From a virus (Duplodnaviria > Caudoviricetes): a DNA stretch of 62,377 nucleotides. This document shows, one piece after another, positions 18,090-27,800 of this stretch (position 1 is its first letter; each line of letters starts with the position of its first letter). The position numbers were made by a program, and so were the translations under genes. Location of the stretch: positions 1 through 62,377 of the IMG/VR virus record IMGVR_UViG_3300032288_001948; one strand, written 5' to 3'. Below the pieces are notes generated by a model that worked only from the letters and a program-made list of their open reading frames with translations, searched no databases and was not told the DNA's origin.

Positions 18090-18983
18090 ATGTCATCTGA
18101 AGCCGCTGCCGCCACCGAGACTGATAATTTCACTGCCGCGTTCGAGAAACTGGCGGAGCTTGGCGATCAGACCCCGCCGGCCGATTTGTCCGAACTTGCC
18201 GCACCGGCTGATGAGACGCCACCGGTTGACGAGCCGCCGCCGGCGGATGATGCTGAATCAGAGGCTGATGAATCAACCGAGGAGTCCGACGAATCCACGG
18301 AGGAATCGGATGAGCAGGACGAGACGCCGCCGGAGACGCAGGCAAAACTCTCTGATGACGAGCTTCTTGATCGCTTTGCGCGCATCGTTAAAACGAAAGA
18401 GCCGCAGGTTGATGAAACGCATCAGGTACCGCCTGAACAGCAACAGCAGCCTTATTATTCTGAGGAAGAAACTAAATTCCTTCAGGATTACGAAAAAGAC
18501 TGGCCTGACGTAGCGAAGGCGGAAGCGTTGCGGCGCCGCGCGGAATATCGTGATCTGGTCGGCTACGTGTTTCAGGAGGTCGCCAAAGAGATCATGCCCG
18601 TCATGGACATGGTCCGTACGCTTTCTGAGCGCACACACCTCAATGACCTTCACGCCACAGTCGGTGATTATGATGATGTGCGCGATAAGGTCATCGACTG
18701 GGTTGGCAAGCAGCCCGCCTATTTGCAGGCTGCATACAATCATGTTATAAAACAAGGAACGGTGGATGAGGTTGCTGACCTCATCAATCGCTATAAGCAG
18801 GAGTCGGGAGTGCAGACGCGCGCCGCTCCGGCGAGTAGGAAAACGGAGACTGAACTGCCCACGGCAACCAAACAAGCGGCTGCTGCTCTGGCCCCAGTCA
18901 GTTCCAAGCGTTCGGCGGTGATTGCCGGCCAAGACCCGAATGATTTCGAGTCGGCCTTCTCATCGTTCGCCGACAAACTTTGA
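18090..18983 (+). CDS. Capsid scaffolding protein
   Basis: Acidic disordered N-terminus, helical core, FESAF ending, immediately before MCP. Confidence 0.75.
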   Translation: MSSEAAAATETDNFTAAFEKLAELGDQTPPADLSELAAPADETPPVDEPPPADDAESEADESTEESDESTEESDEQDETPPETQAKLSDDELLDRFARIVKTKEPQVDETHQVPPEQQQQPYYSEEETKFLQDYEKDWPDVAKAEALRRRAEYRDLVGYVFQEVAKEIMPVMDMVRTLSERTHLNDLHATVGDYDDVRDKVIDWVGKQPAYLQAAYNHVIKQGTVDEVADLINRYKQESGVQTRAAPASRKTETELPTATKQAAAALAPVSSKRSAVIAGQDPNDFESAFSSFADKL

Positions 18984-19002
18984 ACTTTCAAGGAGCTAAA
19001 AC

Positions 19003-20052
19003 ATGAGTGCTGTCACATCTTATGGTGATATTTCACCTGCGGTTGCCGCCTATTCCGTGGTCCGTATGCTCAAGCGCGCGATGCCTTACCTGCATCTCGA
19101 AAAGTTTGGTCAGACCTACCCGCTGCCGACGAACTCCACGCAGACCGCGAAGTTCCGTCGTTACTTCCTGTCGGGCGCCGGCGGTTCCGCTGGTACGCAG
19201 TCCGCTGGTTCGGCGTTCTACATCCCGCTGGCGACGACTCCCCTGATCGAGGGCGTCACCCCGGCTGGCTCGCGCCTCGCAAATCAGGACTACACGGTTA
19301 CGCTGAATCAGTATGGCGACTTCGTCACCATCACGGACGTCGTGATCGACACGCACACCGACCCGGTTCTCCAGCAGGCCACGGACATCCTTGGCGAGCA
19401 GGCTGCCGTTACGGTTGAGACGCTGCGCTTCAACGTCCTGAAGGCGGGCACGAACGTGTTCTACGCCAACAGCGTTGCGGGTCGCACGACGGTCGCCGCC
19501 GCGATCTCGCTGGCTGATCAGCGTCGCGTCACGACTGGCCTGAACCGCCAGAACGCCAAGAAGATTTCGCAGGTTGTCGCCAGCTCTGCTGACTTCAACA
19601 CGAAATCGGTCGAAGCGTCCTACATGGCTGTTTGCCATCCGGACCTCGAAACCGACATCCGTTCGATGACGGGCTTCAAGGCGGTTGCGGATTACGGCCC
19701 GCACACGACCCCGTTCGAAGGCGAAATCGGCTCGGTCGAGCAGGTTCGCTATCTGACCTCGACGGTCATCAGCCCGTGGGCTGACGCCGCCACGGGTTCG
19801 ACCAAGGGCTCGATGCGCTCCACCAGCGGCACCTACGCCGACGTTTATCCGGTCCTCTACTTCGGCCGCGATGCGTTCGGTATCGTCCCGCTCAAGGGCA
19901 AGTCGTCCATGACCCCCATGGTCGTCAATCCGAAGCCGGCTCCGGGCGATCCGCTCGCTCAGCGCGGCACGGTCGGCTGGAAGCTGTGGACTGCCACGGT
20001 CATCCTTCAGGAAGCCTTCATGGCTCGCCTTGAGGTCGCTGCGACGGCCTAA
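19003..20052 (+). CDS. Major capsid protein (N4-gp56 family)
   Basis: YGDISP, KFRRY, LIEGVTP, QYGDF, GEIGSV, DPLAQRGTVGWK; strong codon bias. Confidence 0.92.
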   Translation: MSAVTSYGDISPAVAAYSVVRMLKRAMPYLHLEKFGQTYPLPTNSTQTAKFRRYFLSGAGGSAGTQSAGSAFYIPLATTPLIEGVTPAGSRLANQDYTVTLNQYGDFVTITDVVIDTHTDPVLQQATDILGEQAAVTVETLRFNVLKAGTNVFYANSVAGRTTVAAAISLADQRRVTTGLNRQNAKKISQVVASSADFNTKSVEASYMAVCHPDLETDIRSMTGFKAVADYGPHTTPFEGEIGSVEQVRYLTSTVISPWADAATGSTKGSMRSTSGTYADVYPVLYFGRDAFGIVPLKGKSSMTPMVVNPKPAPGDPLAQRGTVGWKLWTATVILQEAFMARLEVAATA

Positions 20053-20060
20053 TGATTGAC

Positions 20061-20088
20061 GGGGGCGCAAGCCCCCTCTTTCTTCTTT
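20061..20088 (+). terminator. Rho-independent terminator after MCP
   Basis: GGGGGC-GCAA-GCCCCC followed by a T-rich tract. Confidence 0.75.
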
Positions 20089-20107
20089 CAGCTTCTAGGA
20101 GATTAAA

Positions 20108-20506
20108 ATGGCTACCAAGTACATTGATACAGCTATCTCTGGTTCGTCTTTTCCGACGACCTACGTTGGCTCCGGCACGCTGGCCGCGAACTGCATCACC
20201 TCGGGTGGTGTGGTTAATCTCACGACCGGCAATTTCACCTCGACGGGTGATGCGGTGATCATCAACCTCGGCTTCCAGCCGCGTCGTATCTCGGTTCTCA
20301 ACGAAACCGACACGATCCTCTGGGGCAAGCAGGTTGGTATGTCCGCTGCTAACTGCACCAAGATCACGTCGACGACGCTCTCGGTCGAGACATCATCGGA
20401 CATCCTGTTCAATCAGGCGAACGTCGGTGAGGGTGTATGGACTGTCACGCTCAGCTCCACGCTGGCGGGTACGTCTAAGGCCATCAGCTTCGTGATCGAA
20501 GGCTAA
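20108..20506 (+). CDS. Putative capsid decoration or structural protein
   Basis: S/T/G-rich, LGFQPR motif, after MCP. Confidence 0.65.
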   Translation: MATKYIDTAISGSSFPTTYVGSGTLAANCITSGGVVNLTTGNFTSTGDAVIINLGFQPRRISVLNETDTILWGKQVGMSAANCTKITSTTLSVETSSDILFNQANVGEGVWTVTLSSTLAGTSKAISFVIEG

Positions 20507-20520
20507 GGCTTCTCCTGACT

Positions 20521-20548
20521 GGGGGCTACGGCCCCCATCTTTTTATTT
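20521..20548 (+). terminator. Rho-independent terminator
   Basis: GGGGGC-TACG-GCCCCC-ATCTTTTTATTT. Confidence 0.75.
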
Positions 20549-20565
20549 GTAGACGGAGATAGACC

Positions 20566-21045
20566 ATGGCTCAGAAGACTCTGGACGCCACCGGCAATGA
20601 GCCGATGGGCGTCGCCTATGCCAAGATCAACGACAACTTTTCGGAACTGTACGGCAATACGCCGGAATTTACCGATTGGTCGGGCGCGACTGTTACGGCT
20701 ACCGGCCTCATTTCGGGCGGTGCGCTTCAGGTTGATACCGGCACCAAGACGGCTACCGCTTCCGGCGGCGCCGCGACGCTTGCCAAGGATTCCGGCAAGA
20801 TCACGTCGGAATCGCTGACGACGGCGGCGGGCTCGACCTATACGCTGACCCTGACCAACAGCTCGATTGCGGCTGCGGACATGGTGTTTGCGAGCGTTGC
20901 ACTTGGTACGGCGACGACTGGTATGCCGGTCGTGACGCGTGTTACCCCGGGCGCGAATAGCGTCGTGATCGTCATCCAGAACATCCATGCTTCGGCCGCT
21001 CTGAACGGCACGATCGTGATCTCGTTCTTGGTTGCGAAAGCCTAA
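20566..21045 (+). CDS. Virion structural protein (head fibre or decoration-like)
   Basis: AYAKINDNFSELY N-terminal motif typical of phage fibres; T/S/A-rich. Confidence 0.7.
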   Translation: MAQKTLDATGNEPMGVAYAKINDNFSELYGNTPEFTDWSGATVTATGLISGGALQVDTGTKTATASGGAATLAKDSGKITSESLTTAAGSTYTLTLTNSSIAAADMVFASVALGTATTGMPVVTRVTPGANSVVIVIQNIHASAALNGTIVISFLVAKA

Positions 21046-21057
21046 TACTGGAGGTCG

Positions 21058-21312
21058 GTGATGCACTGCCGAGTTGTCATTGAGCGCGTAGCCAACGGCT
21101 ACGAGGTAGAAGTCACCGACCCCAAACAGAAGGCCATGAACAACGGGCCTCAGTCGATCAACAAACCGTATCGTTCGGCTGAAAAAGAATACGTGTTCAA
21201 AACTGTCGATGAAGTGCTGACGTTCCTGACCAAAAATCTGGACAAGGCGCTGCCTGCTGACGATTACGACAGCAGCTTTGACGAAGCTCTAGCGGAGGAC
21301 GAGGATGAGTGA
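21058..21312 (+). CDS. Hypothetical protein (IERVANGY motif)
   Basis: GGAGG RBS. Confidence 0.7.
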   Translation: MMHCRVVIERVANGYEVEVTDPKQKAMNNGPQSINKPYRSAEKEYVFKTVDEVLTFLTKNLDKALPADDYDSSFDEALAEDEDE

Positions 21313-21610
21313 AGCAGAACTGGGTGTAAATATCGAGCCGGAAATCAAGGTACGCAAGGCTAAGCCGATAGTTCCGGATACTGTTCGAATCGTCGTCGAA
21401 GAGAATGACGACATTCCACCGACTGGCCTGTTTCTGGGTCACAACGGCAAAGGTTATCTGATTCGCCCCGGCGAGCCAGTAGATGTGCCGAAGCACATCG
21501 TCGAGATTCTGGACCATGCCGTCATGTCGTCCCCGCAGATTGATCCCGGCACCAAGCAGGTGATAGGATATCGGGAGCGGATGAAATATCCGTATCGAAT
21601 CGTTAATTAA
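21305..21610 (+). CDS. Conserved phage protein of the head-completion region
   Basis: NGKGYLIRPGEPVDVP..IVEILDHA. Confidence 0.7.
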   Translation: MSEAELGVNIEPEIKVRKAKPIVPDTVRIVVEENDDIPPTGLFLGHNGKGYLIRPGEPVDVPKHIVEILDHAVMSSPQIDPGTKQVIGYRERMKYPYRIVN

Positions 21611-21619
21611 GGATGGACA

Positions 21620-22045
21620 ATGGCGGCAGATCAGCCCCGTGCGCCGACACAACGGCCCGGAAATCCAATTGATCTGTCGTTCGATGTTAACGACGCAGCC
21701 GCGTATTCTGGTGGATGGGCTCCTGTTGGCCATGCTGCTGGGTACGCGGCGCATCGTTTGGCGCCGTTGGCGTTGGGCGTCTTAGGTGCAGGCGGAGGTA
21801 TTCCGACCGGCGTCGCGCTTGGGTCTATGGTCCCGCAGGCGGCCAAGAGCCTGTATGACGCGCTTCCGTTACCCGGCCACGAGAATACTCCGATCCGTCA
21901 GGCCGGCGCCGCATCCCGCCAAGATTTCTATAATAATCTGAATCGTGGTAATTATGGTCATGCAGTCAAGGACGCGCTGCTTGCCAGCGGTATGACGCTG
22001 GGGCAGTTCATCCGCGATTTACCGCCACCAGTCCCGGGCCGATAA
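21620..22045 (+). CDS. Hypothetical protein, possible internal virion protein
   Basis: G/A-rich; shares a GxYGHA motif with 23314-24804. Confidence 0.6.
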   Translation: MAADQPRAPTQRPGNPIDLSFDVNDAAAYSGGWAPVGHAAGYAAHRLAPLALGVLGAGGGIPTGVALGSMVPQAAKSLYDALPLPGHENTPIRQAGAASRQDFYNNLNRGNYGHAVKDALLASGMTLGQFIRDLPPPVPGR

Positions 22046-22046
22046 A

Positions 22047-22814
22047 ATGAATCTTAGCGACTTGCTCGCAGAACTGCGGGAAAATATCCTCTACGACCGC
22101 TCGGACCGTGTTTCCGGCACACCGGATTATTTGTGGTCGGACGCCACCCTGATTCGCTATATCAATCAGGCGCAGAATCGTTTTGCGCGTCATGGCTTGG
22201 TCATTCGTGACGGCACTTCACAGGATGCGACGGAAGTCGTGATCCAGACCGGTGTGACCGAATACGCTCTGCATCCTTCCGTGCTGGCGGTGATCTCGGC
22301 CAAGATGCCGGGAGACACGGCGGACCTCGCCCGCGCGGGACACGCAGCGTTTCAGACTTATCGTCAGCCTGATCCGTACTTTTTCGATCCGGCTCAGCTG
22401 TCATCCATGCCGCCCGGTAAACCGCTGGCGTATGGCACAGACGAATATCTGAGCGCTGATGATTACGACGCAATTAGCGTCACGACCTTGCGGCTCTATC
22501 CCGAACCGACCGCGGACTACAACAATCAGATATTGCGGCTGCGTGTCGTTCGGCTCCCGTTGAACGAGTTGTCGATGACGACCGGGTTTAATTATCCGGA
22601 GATTCCGGCGGAGCATCATCTCGAAATGCTCGATTGGGCGGCGTATCTGGCGCTTCGCATTGTGGATGTGGATGGCGGGATGCCGGCGCGTGCCAACGAA
22701 TTTCGTGCATCTTTCGAAGATCATGTGAAGCGTGCGCGGAATACCGCGATGCGCAAAATGTTCACCCCGGCCCAATGGGGGTTTGGAAGATCGGGATTCT
22801 CATGGGAACATTGA
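22047..22814 (+). CDS. Head-tail adaptor/connector-like protein
   Basis: WSDATLIRYINQAQ, LRLYPEP, PEIPAEHH..LDWAAYLAL. Confidence 0.7.
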   Translation: MNLSDLLAELRENILYDRSDRVSGTPDYLWSDATLIRYINQAQNRFARHGLVIRDGTSQDATEVVIQTGVTEYALHPSVLAVISAKMPGDTADLARAGHAAFQTYRQPDPYFFDPAQLSSMPPGKPLAYGTDEYLSADDYDAISVTTLRLYPEPTADYNNQILRLRVVRLPLNELSMTTGFNYPEIPAEHHLEMLDWAAYLALRIVDVDGGMPARANEFRASFEDHVKRARNTAMRKMFTPAQWGFGRSGFSWEH

Positions 22815-23311
22815 CAGTTTCTCGATTGCACGAGCTTTTGCACTACGACCCTGAGACCGGAACGTGGGTGTGGCTTGTTGCGCGTACGGCGAAAGCGAAA
22901 ATCGGGACCGTCGCCGGCCGTCTGCATCATACTGGATATCGTCACATCGGTATCGACGGCCGCCGGTATGCGGCGCATCGCTTGGCGTGGCTGTATATGA
23001 CCGGGAAATGGCCTGCCGCGCAGATCGATCATGTTAATTTGATCAGAGATGACAATCGCTGGTGTAATTTGCGGGAAGCCACGCGATCTGAGAATTTTTT
23101 TAATCGTCGTGTACAATGTGATAGCGTGTCCGGAATCAAGGGACTCCGTCAACTTCCGAGCGGAAATTGGGGTGTTCGTGCGACCATAGATGGGCGCCAC
23201 CAATATCTGGGCACGTTTCCTTGCGCTGAACTCGCGGCATTTGTGCGTAGCGAGTTCGTTGATGCGCATCACGGCGAGTTCGGCCGTAATGGCTATACGT
23301 GGGAGCACTAA
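22802..23311 (+). CDS. HNH homing endonuclease with AP2-like C-terminus
   Basis: LHYDPETG, AHRLAWLYMTG, IDHVNLIRDDNRWCNLR, YLGTF; free-standing. Confidence 0.9.
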   Translation: MGTLTVSRLHELLHYDPETGTWVWLVARTAKAKIGTVAGRLHHTGYRHIGIDGRRYAAHRLAWLYMTGKWPAAQIDHVNLIRDDNRWCNLREATRSENFFNRRVQCDSVSGIKGLRQLPSGNWGVRATIDGRHQYLGTFPCAELAAFVRSEFVDAHHGEFGRNGYTWEH

Positions 23312-23313
23312 TT

Positions 23314-24804
23314 ATGGCCGGTCCGTTTGATCTAACTCCGTTTCAAAAGCAAAACGTCCAATCGTGGATGCGCGGGCCTATGACAACGGACCCGAAAGCG
23401 CTGCATCCGGATATTGCAAATATGGTGCGGGACGTAAGTAAAATGTATACACCATCTGGTGAACGTCCCGTAGGTGCTGGTCCGGCGATGCAGGCGGCGG
23501 TTCAGGGTCAGGCTCTTTCGCCGGCGCAGGAACCTGTACGGATGTATCCTGCGATGTCGGAGTTGGCATCAAGTATTCCTCCGCAAGGTCAACCGCGCGG
23601 TTATTCGGGTGTACCGTGGAATGCTCCCACGGCAACAGAAGTGCGGGGACTTGGTCCCCAGTCCGCGACGCCTGATCTCCAAACACGCTACAGCGCACCT
23701 ATTGGCGCGAAGCAACCCGCACCGCCCTTGAGCGAATTTATGCAAAAGATGGCAGATACGCGGGCGCCTGTCTCGGATGTGGCGCAGAAGATGAGTGGCG
23801 CGCGCCCTCAGACTGCAACTCCGGCCGAAGATGCCCGATTCCTCGGTAAATTGGCTGGTGCGGCCGGAACTGTCGGGGCAGCAATGCAGGGCGCTCCCAT
23901 CTCCACATTGGCGCGCGGCGCCGCCGTCGCGTACCCGGCTGTCAACGCGGCCGGACAGCTATTTCAAGGATTGTCGGATGCGGCGGCCGGTCGTCCGAAT
24001 GCTACAATCGAGGCATCTCGTCCCGCCCGTGAGCAGACATATCGCGATATTGCGGCCGGGGAATATGGCCACGCTCTAGGAAGCGCCATCCGCGCAACCG
24101 GGCAGACCGGCGGTCAAGTCCTCGGCAATATGCTCACACCATTTGGCAACGTGCTTCGCGGACTTACTGGTGCGCCAGCGGCGGCTGCTGCGGCTCCTGC
24201 ATCTGCGGCGCCTCAAGGATTGTCGGACCAGCAGTTCACACCGGGTGGACTCGGAGCGTATACCACGGCCCGCACGCGCGCGACGCCGTTAGATCAGGTT
24301 GTGGCGGCGCCCCCTGAAGTGACCGTCCCTGCGGCTGCCCCGCAAACATCGGCACCGGCGGCTACTGCTCCGACGCGATCAACTGTTAATGTCATTCGCG
24401 GCGGTCGAGCCCCCACGACATATGACGTGTCACCCGGCGTTCCGATTGGCACCATTGTGCGTCCCGAGGCGCCACGTTCACCGGCGCAGGCTGTTGTGGG
24501 GGATGCAATGTCTCAGCCGCTTTTCCCCGGTGATCGACCGGATCAACCGTTGGCTGTTCGACAAGCGATCGCGAACCTTGTGAAGTCGGCGAGTCCTCGG
24601 GCGCAGACGGCGGCTGATCGCGCTCGTGCGGCGGCTATGACAGATTACGATCTGGCGAATAAATATGAGCTTGATCCGTCACCAGACGCGCAGGCAAAGG
24701 CGAAGGTTTATAGGAAGCGTGCCGAAGATATGCTGAAACTGCTGTATCCGGCGGCAAGTGATCCGATGCGTGATCTACTTCGGCAGTCGCAAGAGGCAGA
24801 GTAA
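23314..24804 (+). CDS. Putative internal virion (ejection) protein
   Basis: A/P/G-rich ~496 aa before the giant virion gene. Confidence 0.65.
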   Translation: MAGPFDLTPFQKQNVQSWMRGPMTTDPKALHPDIANMVRDVSKMYTPSGERPVGAGPAMQAAVQGQALSPAQEPVRMYPAMSELASSIPPQGQPRGYSGVPWNAPTATEVRGLGPQSATPDLQTRYSAPIGAKQPAPPLSEFMQKMADTRAPVSDVAQKMSGARPQTATPAEDARFLGKLAGAAGTVGAAMQGAPISTLARGAAVAYPAVNAAGQLFQGLSDAAAGRPNATIEASRPAREQTYRDIAAGEYGHALGSAIRATGQTGGQVLGNMLTPFGNVLRGLTGAPAAAAAAPASAAPQGLSDQQFTPGGLGAYTTARTRATPLDQVVAAPPEVTVPAAAPQTSAPAATAPTRSTVNVIRGGRAPTTYDVSPGVPIGTIVRPEAPRSPAQAVVGDAMSQPLFPGDRPDQPLAVRQAIANLVKSASPRAQTAADRARAAAMTDYDLANKYELDPSPDAQAKAKVYRKRAEDMLKLLYPAASDPMRDLLRQSQEAE

Positions 24805-24806
24805 AC

Positions 24807-27800
24807 ATGCCGTTCGTTGACGAGAATCCATATTTCGCCGGCGCTGCACCGCAGCAGGATGCGACGCCTTCGCGGGAAATTGATTTCTCGCAATATCCCA
24901 GATTTGCCGAGCAGTTCGCAGCGAAAGAAGCCCCGGCGCGAGGTGTATTCGGTCCCGGTTTGCGTGCAGGATTCAATGAGCTTCAAGCTATGGGCGGCGC
25001 CGCGGCGTCGGCTCTTGGCGGTGCTGTAGGTTATCAGCCCCTTCAAGAATGGGGTGCTGATGTCAGCCGCGCAAATCAGGCGGAGGCCGCCAAGTACGGA
25101 CGTCCTGATCTTGAGACAGCTCCATGGCGTGAGGGCGGCGCCGGTTGGCTTCCATGGCTTGGGTATCAGGCCGCGAAGCAAATCCCGTTGGCCGGGGCCA
25201 CAATGCTCGGCACAGCGTTGTTTCCTGAAGCCGCTGTTCCTGCTGCTTTATCGCGCGCCGGCGCCGCTGTGCCTGAACTTCTTGGTGGTGGCGGTTTGCG
25301 GGCCGGTATGTCGGCGGCAGAGACTGCTGCGGCGGAGACTGCGGGTAAACAGTACGCCAAAAGTTTCTTGGGCGGTTCCGCGGTCAACCTGCCGGTGGCT
25401 GCTGGCAGTATGTATCAGGAAGCGATGGATCGCCCCGGCGGCCCGACGCAAGAAGACGCGATTAAAGCGTTGGCGATGGCGCCCGCGTATGCCGCGACAG
25501 AAGGTCTGGGCGGCGCGCTTGGCCGCGGGATTATTTCTGAGGCGGCGACCAAAGGCATTACCGCGACTGTGGGGCGTGCAGCTCTGCGTAGTGCGGTCGA
25601 GGAAGGCCCGACCGAGGCAGCCCAGACGGCGATGGAATTGTCGTTCCGTCCCGATATGTCGCCGGCGCAGAAAGCTAGTCAGATCGTCGATGCTGCATTG
25701 ACTGGCGCCGCGGTCGGCGGTGTTTTTGGTGCGGCTGGCGGTGGCGTCAACGCCGCCATGAACCCCATGCGCGCTACGAAAGATGTGGCGCCGAACCAGC
25801 TTACAAACGACGACATCCTCAACTCAGTGGACCAGACACTCGGTCCGCTGCCGAATGCGCCGGCCCAACAGGCAGATACCGAGCAGGTGACGGCTCCCGC
25901 CACACCATCTGAGCCTGCTCCGCCGCCAATGATGGCGCAGATTACCGAGGCTGAAGCTCCGGAAGCCGTGGCGAAGGAAGAATCGGCCGCAGCCGCCGAA
26001 CGCGTCGAGAAATTACAGACTTCGGTCGCTGACGCGATGGACGGCGGTGCGATCGCTCAGAATGTGAAAGTGGTCCAGCGGGTGCTGGGTGATGCACAGT
26101 CCCTGCCGGATGCGATCAGTAAATTTCTTGATATTCAGGATCAGGCCGACCAGAAGAAAGGCGCAGCCGCTGGTAGATTGACCGCTGCGCAAAAGAAGAT
26201 TGGTAGCGCGCTTGGCATTACGGACTCAGATGGTCGTCCGCTGGATATCGACGCTGAGATCAGCACTCTGACGCAGCAATTGACGGCTGCGCAGACGCCG
26301 CAGGCTCGTCAGCAGATTACGAATCAGATTGACCGGCTCGATCTGATTCGACCGGTTATCGAGGAAGTACGGGCCAGCCGCGCCGCGCCTGTCGAGTCCG
26401 TCGCGCCGGCGCCTGAAGAAATGCTCACTCCGCCTCCGCGCGAGGCCGCTCCGGCAACTGAGGAAGCTCCGGGTGCACGAGCACCAGCGGCTGCGCCCGC
26501 GGTGACATTAACTGCTGAAGCGGAAGACCTGCTGGCAAAGGGTGGTATTCCGTTCAAGGTCACGCAGAACCTCGCCAAGATTGCCAAAGAGAACGGCATC
26601 GAGGTCAAGGGCGCGAGCGGCGCCGAAGCTCAGCGAATCGTTGCAGAACTTCAAGCGATCAAGGACAGCCAGACGGCTGCACCAGCCACGGAGATTCCCA
26701 GTGCCATTCAAGAGCAAGGCCCAACGGGCGTATATGTTCAGCCAGCTCCCGAAACTGGCGGAGCAGTGGGCGAAGGAAACGCCCAAGGGGGCGAAGCTCC
26801 CGGAGAAGGTATCGGGGCGGCCTCAGAAACCCAACCAGAAGTCCCCACCACCCCCCCGTCAGAAGTAGCACCGCCCGCGGCGCCTGCGCCCTCACCGGCT
26901 GCTCAGACGTTTATGCAGCAGCAGGGCATCAAGCAGCTTTCGCCGGAAGAACGCGTCGCTGCACGCGAGCGGCAGAAAGTCGAGGAGGCGGCGTTTCTTC
27001 AGAAACGTCAGGCCCAGATTCGCGCGGCCAATGCCAAGAATGCTCAACGCGGCGGCGTGACGGCAGCACCCGTGGCGCCAAAGGGCATGACGCCCGAAGA
27101 ATTTCTTGCACGACGCAATCGCGAGCGTCCGTCGATGGGGGCTCTAGGCGAAGAATCTGAGTTAGACCGCGACATTTCGTCGCTGGTTGAGAATAACGCC
27201 AGCGGCAAACAAGTGCTGGATTACCTTGGGCAGCACGGAAAGACTGAGTTCGATCGGCTTCTTGCTCAGCATTTGTCTCGACTCGGCGTATCGCCGTCGA
27301 TGCAGTTCGAGGATGTCAACAACCCTGATCTTCAGCTTGATCGTGAGCAGGCCGCCGGACGTGAAATCCTCGGCTCGTACAACGTGGAGCAGGACCGCAT
27401 AAACTTATACAGTCGTGCGGGTTCGGCGCAGGTCACGCTGCATGAGGGAATACATGCTGCAACCGACCGTGCGATCCGCACCAGTTCGCCGGCAGCGCAA
27501 AAACTGAAAGATGTCTACTCAGAATTTATGGCGCGGCCGGAGCAGTATGATCGGTCGACCCCGGCGTATGACAATGAAGCCGAGTTCATCAGTGAAGCGT
27601 TCAGTAACCCGGATTTCCGTGAGTTTCTGAAGACGTTGCAGGTCGGCCCCAAGAATCTATGGGAAAAATTTAAGGACGCGGTGTTCAAATTGCTGCGGAT
27701 GCCGCAGCGTGCGCGCACGGTCTTTGATCAGGTGATGGAAGTGGGTGAGCCACTATTCCAAGAGAACCAGCAGACGACCATGGAGGACGTTTATCGCGCC

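Noticed and set aside
19033-20070. 345-aa antisense ORF over the capsid gene
   Set aside because: Shadow ORF expected from strong codon bias in a GC-rich gene; no RBS or recognisable motifs
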